Of a stretch of DNA of 64,000 bases, positions 55,855-64,000 are shown piece after piece. The stretch lies in IMG/VR virus record IMGVR_UViG_3300044979_000004, positions 1 to 64,000 of that record. The stretch is one strand, 5' to 3'. The notes under the pieces are model-generated. The model was not told the DNA's origin, did not search any database, and saw only the letters and a list, made by a program, of their open reading frames with translations. This stretch comes from a virus. The position numbers and the translations under genes were made by a program. Each line of letters starts with the position of its first letter. The stretch's first letter is position 1.

Positions 55855-57159
55855 ATGGCAGACGTATCGTATACGCTGGAAGAAGTCATAAGCAATATGA
55901 AGTGGTTTATTGAGCATTACGGCAAAGCCACTCGAAAGGAATACAGAGCAGCCGAAGCCAAAGGCGCTCTCCCAGAAAGTGTCTGGGGAAAGCACTTCAA
56001 GAGTTTCACGGAATTTAAGGAAGCAGCCTCAGCGGAGATTCCAAAGGTGTCCTCCGAAGAAGAGAAGCACGAATTTAAGGACAATGTGTGGAACGTTCAT
56101 ATTCCACAAACTTCGATTCGCACCCTTCCGGAACTGTTGGAACATTGTAAGGTAGACACATCGATCTGGCGCGTTGAGAGGTTCATCGTCAACAAGTGGG
56201 AGATGGGCGCTAAGAATGCAGACGGAGATGTAATTGTTACTCCTTTGTTTCAAGTGAAGGCTACGCTCGTTCAGAAGGATGAGGTCATAGCGGCTCGTAA
56301 AGAAATCGAAGACTTGAAGGAAGAGGCAAAGAAGTTCGCACATGAACCGTTTGATGTTGTGAAGCTAAGTCCTCTACAGTTCTCCGGCAATTCTTTAGAG
56401 ATTCTTATACCTGACCTTCATGCCGGTAAGTTCGCCTGGGGCAAGGAAACAGGTCATCAGGATTATGATACACCCACAGCAATTCAAACGTATGAACGTG
56501 CGTTGGATAACATTTTATCGCAAGCTGCACACTATGTCATAGACGAGATTGTACTAGGTGTTGGCAACGATCTGTTGAACTCAGATGATTACAACAGTCA
56601 GACGACAAAGGGAACTCTAGTCAACAGTGACACGAGGTATCAGAAAACTTACAAAGCTGTGAGACAGATGATTGTACGTGCTGTTGAGAAGTGCCGCACT
56701 TACACAAAGAAGGTAGTCGTAAAGGTAATCCCTGGTAACCATGATACACAGTCGATGTTTACCTTGGGAGATTCCTTGGAATGTTGGTTCCACAATTACA
56801 AGGATGTGGAAATTGACAACGCCCCGACGCCTCACAAGTTCTACACATGGGGAAAAGTTCTTCTAGGCTTTACCCACGGGGACAAAGGAAAGAAGGCCGA
56901 TTACGGAATTTGGATGGCCACAGAGCGTCCAGAAGATTTCGGCAAGTCCAAGTTTCGTGAGATTCATATTGGGCATACACATGGGTTGAAGGTAGATGAA
57001 AAGTTCGGAGTTAGAGTGCGAACATTTGCAGCCCTCTGTCCGCCCGATGCTTGGCACTCTGCGGAACACTTTGTAGGAAACTTGAGACAGGCTGAGGCAA
57101 TTGTCTGGAACAAGGAAGCAGGACGAATTGCGGAGTTTATCCATACGGAGCTAGACTAA
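55855..57159 (+). CDS. Calcineurin-like metallophosphoesterase with N-terminal extension
   Basis: PDLHAGK, GNDLL, PGNHD, THGD, IGHTH. Confidence 0.85.
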   Translation: MADVSYTLEEVISNMKWFIEHYGKATRKEYRAAEAKGALPESVWGKHFKSFTEFKEAASAEIPKVSSEEEKHEFKDNVWNVHIPQTSIRTLPELLEHCKVDTSIWRVERFIVNKWEMGAKNADGDVIVTPLFQVKATLVQKDEVIAARKEIEDLKEEAKKFAHEPFDVVKLSPLQFSGNSLEILIPDLHAGKFAWGKETGHQDYDTPTAIQTYERALDNILSQAAHYVIDEIVLGVGNDLLNSDDYNSQTTKGTLVNSDTRYQKTYKAVRQMIVRAVEKCRTYTKKVVVKVIPGNHDTQSMFTLGDSLECWFHNYKDVEIDNAPTPHKFYTWGKVLLGFTHGDKGKKADYGIWMATERPEDFGKSKFREIHIGHTHGLKVDEKFGVRVRTFAALCPPDAWHSAEHFVGNLRQAEAIVWNKEAGRIAEFIHTELD

Positions 57160-57344
57160 TGAGCTACAGTTTCCATACAGAAGAGGATTTATTTCCTTTG
57201 CAATATGCACGTCAGGGTGATATAGTCAAATTAGATGGACTCTGGTATCGTATCGAACGCAAGACGACTACAGCCGTTTCGTTGAGCCGGTATTATTGGT
57301 ATCACCGACTCTGGGACCGGCTGACGAAAGGAAAGGAAGTATAA
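57159..57344 (+). CDS. Small hypothetical protein
   Basis: TAATG coupling; resembles the next ORF (DLFPL..G.....Y). Confidence 0.5.
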   Translation: MSYSFHTEEDLFPLQYARQGDIVKLDGLWYRIERKTTTAVSLSRYYWYHRLWDRLTKGKEV

Positions 57345-57559
57345 TGTTTTCACCCTTGGATTTGTTTCCATTGAAAGTGAACGCTACATTCCCGTTTGCC
57401 GATGTGAATGTAGGTGAGGTTTTCAGCATTGGAACCGAGCGATACAAACTTCTTAGCAGGAATGCGTGCAGCGTTCGCCTGCTCCAATGGTTCAGAATTT
57501 ATGATTGGGCATTAGCAGCAATCGGGAGGAAAGTTGTCGAATCGTCAAGAAAGATTTAA
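57344..57559 (+). CDS. Small hypothetical protein
   Basis: TAATG coupling, AAGGA RBS. Confidence 0.5.
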   Translation: MFSPLDLFPLKVNATFPFADVNVGEVFSIGTERYKLLSRNACSVRLLQWFRIYDWALAAIGRKVVESSRKI

Positions 57560-57971
57560 CAGTCCATATCCAGACGGAGGCCCGCACGGTTTTGCGGTAG
57601 CTACCGGACAATTACAGTTGCAGCAACAGAAGCCGACAAAAGGCAAGTATCTGCCAACAGACCCGGCAGCAAGAAAGAAGATTCCATTGTTCTCTGGACT
57701 CATGAAGTATTTTCCCGACGCGCTCGTAGCGGTAGCCAAGGTATCTCAGGCTGGAAATGATCAGCACAATCCGGGCGAAAAATTGCACTGGAGCAGAGAT
57801 AAATCTTCAGACCATGAAGACACTCTTATGCGTCATCTTTTGGAGTCCGGTGAAGTTGATGTGGACGGCCACAGGCATTCAGCTAAGATGGCGTGGCGTG
57901 CTCTAGCCACTCTTCAGTTAGAGATTGAAGCGGCGGAAGGTAAAGGAGAACAAAGTGCCAGCGAAAAGTAG
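57534..57971 (+). CDS. dATP/dGTP diphosphohydrolase-like (DUF5664-type) domain protein
   Basis: YFPDALVAVAKVS..GNDQHNPG..LHW..D.LMRHL..HSAKMAWRALA. Confidence 0.75.
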   Translation: MSNRQERFNSPYPDGGPHGFAVATGQLQLQQQKPTKGKYLPTDPAARKKIPLFSGLMKYFPDALVAVAKVSQAGNDQHNPGEKLHWSRDKSSDHEDTLMRHLLESGEVDVDGHRHSAKMAWRALATLQLEIEAAEGKGEQSASEK

Positions 57972-58211
57972 AGCACAGGTCGGTTTCATCATGAGTAACC
58001 CTGAGAAGTTTGGCGGGAAGAAGAAAGCTCTTAACGAGTGGGTGAAGCCCACAAAAGGGAAGAAACTTCCCAAGAAGGTAAAAAGTGGAAAAGGCAAGTA
58101 GTCAACCAAGAGCCAACAACGAGCAAGGTGGATGGTCGGTTTTTGAAAAGTGGGCAGGAATGAAGTGGTTCTCAAACGGACCCTTACTGCCGCCTTGTGA
58201 GGAGAAGGAAA

Positions 58212-58964
58212 ATGTCCCAATCACCAACGGAACTAGCAAAACTGGAAGCAAGCGCCCAAAGCGTCGTAAGTAACTCAACCTCGTGGATTTTGCAGCATGA
58301 GCGGTTGATCATCATTGTTTTAGTCCTGGCCTTGTTAGGATGGGGGACTGAGAAAGCGTTCGACCTTGTAGCGAGTCGCGATAAGCAGGCGGCTACACTG
58401 ACCGCGCAGACCCTCGCGGCACAGCAACAGAAGGATCAGGAGTTGAGTCAAGCTGTAGCACAAACTACGGCCCAATATCAAGCCCTGGTACAGACGTTGA
58501 CACAACAGAACACACAGTTGGCTACGGCTGTATCCGCAAGAAACAAAGCGTTGACCGTTCAGCAAACTACTGACACCACGCTGACGCCATCGCAGCTAAC
58601 GGATAGATGGGCGAATTTAGCGAAAGTGGACTCCGGCAAAATCGCTGTGTCCGGAGATACGATTGTGGTTACCCCTGATGCGGCTTTGGATACAGTGCAG
58701 CAACTAGAACAAGTTCCAGTGTTGACGTTAAATCTTGAGGATGAAACTACTCAGCTAACCAACACCAAGAGTGAACTGGCAAGTGCAAATCAAGCTATCG
58801 GCCAACAGAAAGCAGATATCACCGGACTGACCGCGCAGATCGCAGATCAAAAGAAAGCTGACGCAACAGAGCTGGCTGCGGAAAAAGCGGCAGCTCGTAA
58901 GAGCAAGTTGAAGTGGTTTGGTGCAGGATTCGTAGCAGGATTCATTGCGGGGCACATATGGTAA
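58212..58964 (+). CDS. Membrane-anchored coiled-coil protein (spanin-like)
   Basis: N-terminal TM, long Gln/Thr/Ala heptads, C-terminal hydrophobic WFGAGFVAGFIAG. Confidence 0.6.
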   Translation: MSQSPTELAKLEASAQSVVSNSTSWILQHERLIIIVLVLALLGWGTEKAFDLVASRDKQAATLTAQTLAAQQQKDQELSQAVAQTTAQYQALVQTLTQQNTQLATAVSARNKALTVQQTTDTTLTPSQLTDRWANLAKVDSGKIAVSGDTIVVTPDAALDTVQQLEQVPVLTLNLEDETTQLTNTKSELASANQAIGQQKADITGLTAQIADQKKADATELAAEKAAARKSKLKWFGAGFVAGFIAGHIW

Positions 58965-59109
58965 GTTCAAAACGCCATCTGTTTCCTTGGTATAAAATTG
59001 TTTGGAACCTCATTTGGGTTTTGCCTCTACTAATTAGCTTTAGCCTATTGTATATCTGTGTGCTATGTGCTCAGGGGCCTAGACGGGCAAATGAGGTAAA
59101 GAATTCAAT

Positions 59110-59298
59110 ATGGTAGAAATCAAGGCAACCATAGGACAATATGCCGATTATTTTGATACTGGAATGTGGTCTATGAAAGATGGGAACATGGTTGGACCAG
59201 AAGATTTGACTATGCGACAGTTAAGGGACTTTCTACTAGCAAGTGGTGGCTGTGTTTATCTTGGTAAGGATAATAGATTTCATTGGATACCAAAGTAG
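59110..59298 (+). CDS. Hypothetical protein
   Basis: 62-aa ORF before tRNA cluster. Confidence 0.4.
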   Translation: MVEIKATIGQYADYFDTGMWSMKDGNMVGPEDLTMRQLRDFLLASGGCVYLGKDNRFHWIPK

Positions 59299-59306
59299 TT
59301 AAATGT

Positions 59307-59382
59307 GGGTTAGTAGCTCAATTGGGAGAGCATTCCCCTTGCACGGGAACGGTTGCAGGTTCGATGCCTGTCTGATCCACCA
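59307..59382 (+). tRNA. tRNA-Ala(UGC)
   Basis: GGGTTAG/CTGATCC with G3:U70, TTCCC-CTTGCAC-GGGAA, ACCA. Confidence 0.93.
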
Positions 59383-59507
59383 AAGTTACGAATGGTCGCC
59401 GCTGAGAGGGCACTCCGATGCGGCCTAAGACGAGCAAAGCGTCTGCCATTTCAGCGGCACGCCGGAACACTGTGATTTGCAGTCATAAGATTCGGCATGT
59501 CGTGTTT

Positions 59508-59582
59508 AGTCGCCTAGCTCAGAGGCAGAGCATCGCACCTACACTGCGAGGGTCGAGATTTCGAAATTCTCGGTGACTACCA
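59508..59582 (+). tRNA. tRNA-Val(UAC)
   Basis: AGTCGCC/GGTGACT, TCGCA-CCTACAC-TGCGA (C33), ACCA. Confidence 0.88.
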
Positions 59583-59635
59583 ATTTGGAACATAAACGTT
59601 CCATAACAGCCGTTAACGTAACATTTATGTTACAC

Positions 59636-59709
59636 TCGCAGTTCGTCCAACGGCAGGACAGCGGACTTTGACTCCGTGAATCAAAGTTCGAATCTTTGAC
59701 TGCGGGCCA
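59636..59709 (+). tRNA. tRNA-Gln(UUG)
   Basis: TCGCAGT/ACTGCGG, GCGGA-CTTTGAC-TCCGT, GCCA. Confidence 0.9.
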
Positions 59710-59717
59710 TGTTTTAA

Positions 59718-59792
59718 GCGGGATTAGTGTTAGTGGTAGCAAGCTAGTCTTCCAAACTAGAAGGGTCAGTCCGAGTCTGACATTCCGCTCCA
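59718..59792 (+). tRNA. tRNA-Gly(UCC)
   Basis: GCGGGAT/ATTCCGC, CTAGT-CTTCCAA-ACTAG, TCCA. Confidence 0.9.
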
Positions 59793-59803
59793 ATTCAGAT
59801 TTC

Positions 59804-59879
59804 GCCTCTGTAGTTCAGTTGGTAGAGCATCGGTTTTGTAAACCGAATGTCGCCCGTTCGATCCGGGCCGGAGGCTCCA
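59804..59879 (+). tRNA. tRNA-Thr(UGU)
   Basis: GCCTCTG/CGGAGGC, TCGGT-TTTGTAA-ACCGA, TCCA. Confidence 0.93.
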
Positions 59880-59888
59880 GTTTCACAC

Positions 59889-59964
59889 AGGTTCATGGTC
59901 TAACGGCTATGATGCGCGTCTCCAAAACGCTGCGGTTACGGTTCGAATCCGTATGAGCCTGCCA
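59889..59964 (+). tRNA. tRNA-Trp(CCA)
   Basis: AGGTTCA/TGAGCCT, GCGT-CTCCAAA-ACGC, GCCA. Confidence 0.9.
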
Positions 59965-59980
59965 AAAGATTAGGAGGAAC

Positions 59981-60601
59981 ATGCAACCAGTAATTATTGA
60001 TCTATCCCATTACAACGGAGTGGTAGACTTCAACAAGGTAAAAGCAGACGGAATCGAAGCTGTGATCCTCAAGGCAACCCAGGGAACGTCTATGACAGAT
60101 TCCAAGCTAGCCTCAAATGCTTTGGCGGCGAGAGCGGCTGGCTTGCTGATTGGAGCATATCACTACGGAGTGGCCGGTGACCCAGAAGCCCAGGCGGAAT
60201 ACTTTTTGTCAGCTATCGCGCAAATTGATACAGTTGATACATTCCTTGCTGTCCTAGACTTTGAACGTGGTACATCTAATATGAGTCTAGCCGATGCCAA
60301 GACATTTCTCGACACGGTTCAGGGGAAGATGGGAGTTGTCCCAACTCTCTACACAGGCGAATACCTAAAGAGCTTCGGCAAGCAGTCAACCCTTCTCGGA
60401 TACCCCCTCTGGTTGTCAGAATACGGCCCTCAGGCTAAGCTGCCTGCCGGTTTTGACACTTGGACCTTCTGGCAGTTTACGAACGGCGTTGTAGGCCCTC
60501 TACCGCACACTATTAACGGCGTTACGGGCATTGTTGACATCAGTTATTTCAACGGCACGGTAGACGAACTCAAGGCGTTTTGGGCAGCACACTCTTCATA
60601 G
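59981..60601 (+). CDS. GH25 muramidase (endolysin)
   Basis: IDLSHYNG, KATQG, GAYHY, LDFE, WTFWQFT, VDISYFNG. Confidence 0.92.
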   Translation: MQPVIIDLSHYNGVVDFNKVKADGIEAVILKATQGTSMTDSKLASNALAARAAGLLIGAYHYGVAGDPEAQAEYFLSAIAQIDTVDTFLAVLDFERGTSNMSLADAKTFLDTVQGKMGVVPTLYTGEYLKSFGKQSTLLGYPLWLSEYGPQAKLPAGFDTWTFWQFTNGVVGPLPHTINGVTGIVDISYFNGTVDELKAFWAAHSS

Positions 60602-60621
60602 TCTCACTAGGCGGTAACATT

Positions 60622-60665
60622 TAACCCCAGTCCTCTGATAAAGGATTGGGGTTTCTTGTCTTTTT
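60622..60665 (+). terminator. Rho-independent terminator
   Basis: AACCCCAGTCCT...AGGATTGGGGTT then T-rich tail. Confidence 0.75.
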
Positions 60666-60709
60666 GGTAACACATAGTAAACAATACGGGGAAACAATTG
60701 AAACATAAA

Positions 60710-62344
60710 ATGTCAACGTTCGCAAGAACGATCACTGAACAAAAATACTCAGACACCAAGCCAGATGGAAGTAAAGAGACTTGGGCAGATATCGCACACA
60801 GAGTTGCTACTAACGTACTGAAATCAATCAACGCACCACAGGAACAGATAGATATAACTGAAAGACTTATTTTAGAGAGGAAGTTTATCCCAGGAGGACG
60901 GTATTTGTATGCGTCCGGCAGACCATTCCATCAGGTTCAGAATTGCTTGCTGATGAGAGCGGAGGATAGCAGGGAAGGATGGGCAGACCATCTCCACAAG
61001 TGCGCCATGGCTCTTATGACAGGCGCAGGCATCGGAATCACTTACGGCCTTGTACGGCCTCGTGGTGCGGTAATTAAACGCACAGGTGGACTAGCTACCG
61101 GGCCTATCGCCCTCATGCAGATTACAAACGAGTGTGGACGCGGGATCATGCAAGGCGGCAGTCGTCGCTCGGCAATCTGGGCCGGACTTCCCTGGTGGCA
61201 TAAAGACGTTATGGAGTTTATCGGACTGAAGAACTGGTCACCGGAAGTACGGGCACTTAAGGCTAAGGACTTCAATTTCCCGGCCACAATGGATATGACG
61301 AACATATCGGTTCAGCTAGACGATGAGTTTTTCAAAGCGTATCACGATACGCAGCATGACAAGCATCAATGGGCCTCGGACGTGTACTGGGCTGTTGTCC
61401 AACAAATGCTTAAAACCGCAGAACCAGGATTCAGCATTGACTGCGGAAAGAATGCTGGTGAAGATTTAAGGAACGCTTGTACTGAGGTTACTAGTTATGA
61501 TGATTCCGATATTTGTAACCTTGGTAGTATTAATATGGCTAACATCTCGTCATTGGAGGAAATGAACGAGGCAACTAAGTATGGAACTGAATTCCTGCTA
61601 GCCGGTACATTGTACAGCGACATTCCATATGACAAGGTAGGGGAGATTCGGGAGAAGAACCGCCGCCTCGGATTAGGCTTGATGGGACTGCACGAATGGT
61701 TATTGAAGAAAGGATATGACTATGCCGGAAACGAAGAACTTGAGACGTATCTTAACGTCTATACGCAGAGCGGCATTATCGCGAATGCCCTGGCGGACAA
61801 ACTTGGTATCAGCAGGCCAGTTAAAACACGAGCCATCGCTCCAACCGGAACAATTGGAATTATTGCGGAAACTACTACGGGAATGGAGCCGATCTTCTGC
61901 GTAGCTCTTAAGAGACGATATCTGGACGGGAACGTGTGGAAATATCAGTACGTCATCGACCCCACAGCCAAGCGCCTGATTGAGAGTGGTGTTGATCCGG
62001 ACACTATTGAGGATGCCTACACCTTAGCCAAGAACGTTGAAAAGCGTGTAGCGTTCCAAGCATGGCTACAGAAATTCGTAGACCACTCGATTAGCAGTAC
62101 GATTAACTTACCGGCATGGGGAACCGAGTACAATAACGAAAGCACTGTGCAAAGTTTTGGGGACATGCTGATCAAATACCTGCCCGATCTTAGAGGGATA
62201 ACGTGCTACCCTGATGGCGCAAGAGGCGGACAGCCACTCACGCCGGTCAAGTACGCGACGGCAATGAAACACGAGGGAGAGATTTTTATAGAGGCAATGG
62301 ATATTTGTGAATTAAGCAAGGGCGGGGGTGCATGTGGTTCGTGA
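60710..62344 (+). CDS. nrdJ: Class II (adenosylcobalamin-dependent) ribonucleotide reductase
   Basis: FIPGGRYL, QNC, QGGSRRSA, RNACTE, CNLGS, RRLGLG, APTGT, ISSTIN, C-terminal C..GGAC; no beta-subunit gene adjacent. Confidence 0.88.
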   Translation: MSTFARTITEQKYSDTKPDGSKETWADIAHRVATNVLKSINAPQEQIDITERLILERKFIPGGRYLYASGRPFHQVQNCLLMRAEDSREGWADHLHKCAMALMTGAGIGITYGLVRPRGAVIKRTGGLATGPIALMQITNECGRGIMQGGSRRSAIWAGLPWWHKDVMEFIGLKNWSPEVRALKAKDFNFPATMDMTNISVQLDDEFFKAYHDTQHDKHQWASDVYWAVVQQMLKTAEPGFSIDCGKNAGEDLRNACTEVTSYDDSDICNLGSINMANISSLEEMNEATKYGTEFLLAGTLYSDIPYDKVGEIREKNRRLGLGLMGLHEWLLKKGYDYAGNEELETYLNVYTQSGIIANALADKLGISRPVKTRAIAPTGTIGIIAETTTGMEPIFCVALKRRYLDGNVWKYQYVIDPTAKRLIESGVDPDTIEDAYTLAKNVEKRVAFQAWLQKFVDHSISSTINLPAWGTEYNNESTVQSFGDMLIKYLPDLRGITCYPDGARGGQPLTPVKYATAMKHEGEIFIEAMDICELSKGGGACGS

Positions 62345-62906
62345 GTGCTTGGTACAAAATTGTGAAAAGGCACACAAATCTCGTGGGCTTTGTGCAACAC
62401 ATTACGAGCACTGGTACAGACATGGAAGATACGTTCATTTAGTGCTTCCTAAGACCGTCCGTAAAGTATGTAGTATAGAAGGGTGCTATCAGCTAGCAGA
62501 CGCTAAAACCATGTGTCCACCACATTACCGAAGATGGAGGCGTGACCAAGGCCTAGATCAGAAACAGACTAAAGAGTATGCTGCTAAATTTCAACGAACT
62601 TTACAAGGCAGGTGGACAGCACTTAAGCAAGCAGCAAAGAATAAAGATTTAGGATTCAACATCACAAAGGAGCAGCATCGATATTTGCTATCTCTTCCTT
62701 GCGAGTATTGTAAGGAATCTCTTAATGAAACAGGACACGCTTTAGATAGAAAAGATAGTACTGTTGGCTATCTTTTCACAAATGTAGTCCCGTGCTGCTA
62801 TAATTGCAATAAGATTAAAAATGACATACTAACTTACGAAGAAATGTTAGCCGCCATGGAAGCAGTTTTAGAAGTTAGAGCAAAGAATAACCCCTCCAAA
62901 ACATAG
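62328..62906 (+). CDS. HNH-type homing endonuclease
   Basis: RGLCATHY/MCPPHY repeats; PCEYC..LDRKDSTVGY..NVVPCCYNCN. Confidence 0.8.
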   Translation: MHVVRECLVQNCEKAHKSRGLCATHYEHWYRHGRYVHLVLPKTVRKVCSIEGCYQLADAKTMCPPHYRRWRRDQGLDQKQTKEYAAKFQRTLQGRWTALKQAAKNKDLGFNITKEQHRYLLSLPCEYCKESLNETGHALDRKDSTVGYLFTNVVPCCYNCNKIKNDILTYEEMLAAMEAVLEVRAKNNPSKT

Positions 62907-62965
62907 AAGGGGTATTTGAGAGTTGTGGAAGTTAGGAATAAGAGGCCGGGTTAAACCCCGGCCTT
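62888..62965. terminator. Two hairpins at the convergence of plus- and minus-strand operons
   Basis: ACCCCT...AGGGGT and AGGCCGGG...CCCGGCCT inverted repeats. Confidence 0.6.
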
Positions 62966-63370
62966 ATCTTTCTTGGTGAGTACTCGATCCTCCACGTAGC
63001 CAATAATGCTAGGAACTAGTTTGGTCGGATGGAAGTAATCCCAGGACAGGTATGCGCCGGAGTGCGACATGTCGAATGTGCCGAAAACCTTACTGTCCCT
63101 ATCCATAAGAAGCTCTTGCAGATCGGCTTCCGCTGTCTTGTGATGATCCAGCACTGTGATTTTAGTGGCCTTCGATGCCAGTTCCAACATGACCGGCTTC
63201 TTGTAACTGAAGTCCAACATGTATACTTCGCGCCCCGTAACGTCCGGTGGAGGGTTGCCGTGGATGGCCGGGTAGAATTCCCAGTCAGGGTGTGCCAGCC
63301 AACATGCCCAAGCTGCGGTAAACCCGTCCTGGCATGGGCTATGATAGATTACTAGCGGTTTGTTATTCAT
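62951..63370 (-). pseudogene. DHH-family phosphoesterase, C-terminally truncated
   Basis: VIYH..C.DGF.AAW, LDFSY, LDHHKTA, SGAYLSW, YVEDR then an early stop. Confidence 0.65.
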
Positions 63371-63648
63371 TTGCCCTCATGTGAACACATTTTGTACTTA
63401 CCATTTACTTCTCCGTTGTTCATGTCGGTAACATGAAATACTTCTCCATGCTGCCCGTTGAATTTTCCGCACTCCGGACACTGGTTGTCCATAAACATTT
63501 TCACAATTCCGGCAGCAAGTGTACGACTTCCGTGCCCGTCAATTGTTATTACAGTGTTTGGATAGCACAAATTGCCCTCATGTTTCAGGACAACTACCGT
63601 TGAATCACTTAGTTCAACAATTTCAGCAGACTTCTTTACGCTTGACAT
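63367..63648 (-). CDS. Hypothetical protein with CxxC motif
   Basis: CPECGK..H...C; coupled ORF. Confidence 0.55.
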   Translation of the reverse strand: MSSVKKSAEIVELSDSTVVVLKHEGNLCYPNTVITIDGHGSRTLAAGIVKMFMDNQCPECGKFNGQHGEVFHVTDMNNGEVNGKYKMCSHEGK

Positions 63649-63998
63649 GATTTAAATCCCCAATCTCTTACTTTCTTCGTTGTAAACACCAAGGACCATG
63701 AGGTTCCGTAAGGTGTAATAATGCTGTGCGAGAACTCAGCCGGTCTATACAAAATTGACCCTGGCCTGCGTTTGTAGACCTTGTATTCGTCCTGATCGCC
63801 TACACGTTCCAAATACCCGTTCCACAGCAGAATGGTCAAGAAACTCCAGGGATGATCATGACAGGCCGGATGCCAACATGGAGCATCCAGCCGGTGCAAG
63901 TAAAGATTGCCCCAAGGAGTCTTGAGAAGGGTAAACCTGTAGAAGACTTCTCCCAATTCCTTCCAGCCAATTTCTTTGTACGGAAGAATCTTGCACAA
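63636..63998 (-). CDS. Cupin-like protein (5' end may lie outside window)
   Basis: LYLH..CHDHPWSF..GYLE..RPAEFSHSI. Confidence 0.7.
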   Translation of the reverse strand: MCKILPYKEIGWKELGEVFYRFTLLKTPWGNLYLHRLDAPCWHPACHDHPWSFLTILLWNGYLERVGDQDEYKVYKRRPGSILYRPAEFSHSIITPYGTSWSLVFTTKKVRDWGFKSCQA

Positions 63999-64000
63999 CA

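Larger units (their letters stand above)
1994..55875. repeat. Dispersed palindrome CGTAT-N3-ATACG (14 exact copies)
   Basis: Starts at 1994, 3651, 3804, 4095, 4262, 6156, 6255, 7095, 11927, 17225, 19708, 30577, 46893, 55863; near-matches at 3898 and 30607. Confidence 0.9.

Noticed and set aside
57534-57971. 2-aminoadenine (Z-base) genome pathway
   Set aside because: Only a diphosphohydrolase-like domain is present; no PurZ or HD-domain dATPase seen in this window.

Overview
64 kb of a tailed dsDNA phage genome with podovirus-like architecture. Left arm (minus strand): small early genes, a Ycf46/SpoVK-like AAA+ ATPase, phosphoesterases, a tRNA/ncRNA cluster and a family A DNA polymerase. Right arm (plus strand): RNase H, fibre/decoration proteins, terminase, a portal gene split by a group I intron, scaffold, N4-gp56-like major capsid, tail and ejection proteins (one with a lytic transglycosylase), lysis genes, a second tRNA cluster and a class II ribonucleotide reductase. 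Twelve tRNA genes and eight free-standing homing-endonuclease-like genes are present. No integrase, CRISPR array or stop-codon reassignment was seen. Most notable: (1) a circularly permuted, two-piece tmRNA gene with a 36-codon tag, whose long intervening segment and flanks hold further tRNA-mimic RNAs; (2) a 13-bp palindrome CGTAT-N3-ATACG found by eye at 14 exact sites, many inside coding sequence; (3) an AAA+ ATPase with its Walker B segment before Walker A; (4) consensus sigma70 promoters placing the ATG at the transcript start; (5) fibre-like proteins with Sec-type signal peptides. All protein calls are by motif recognition; no database search was run.
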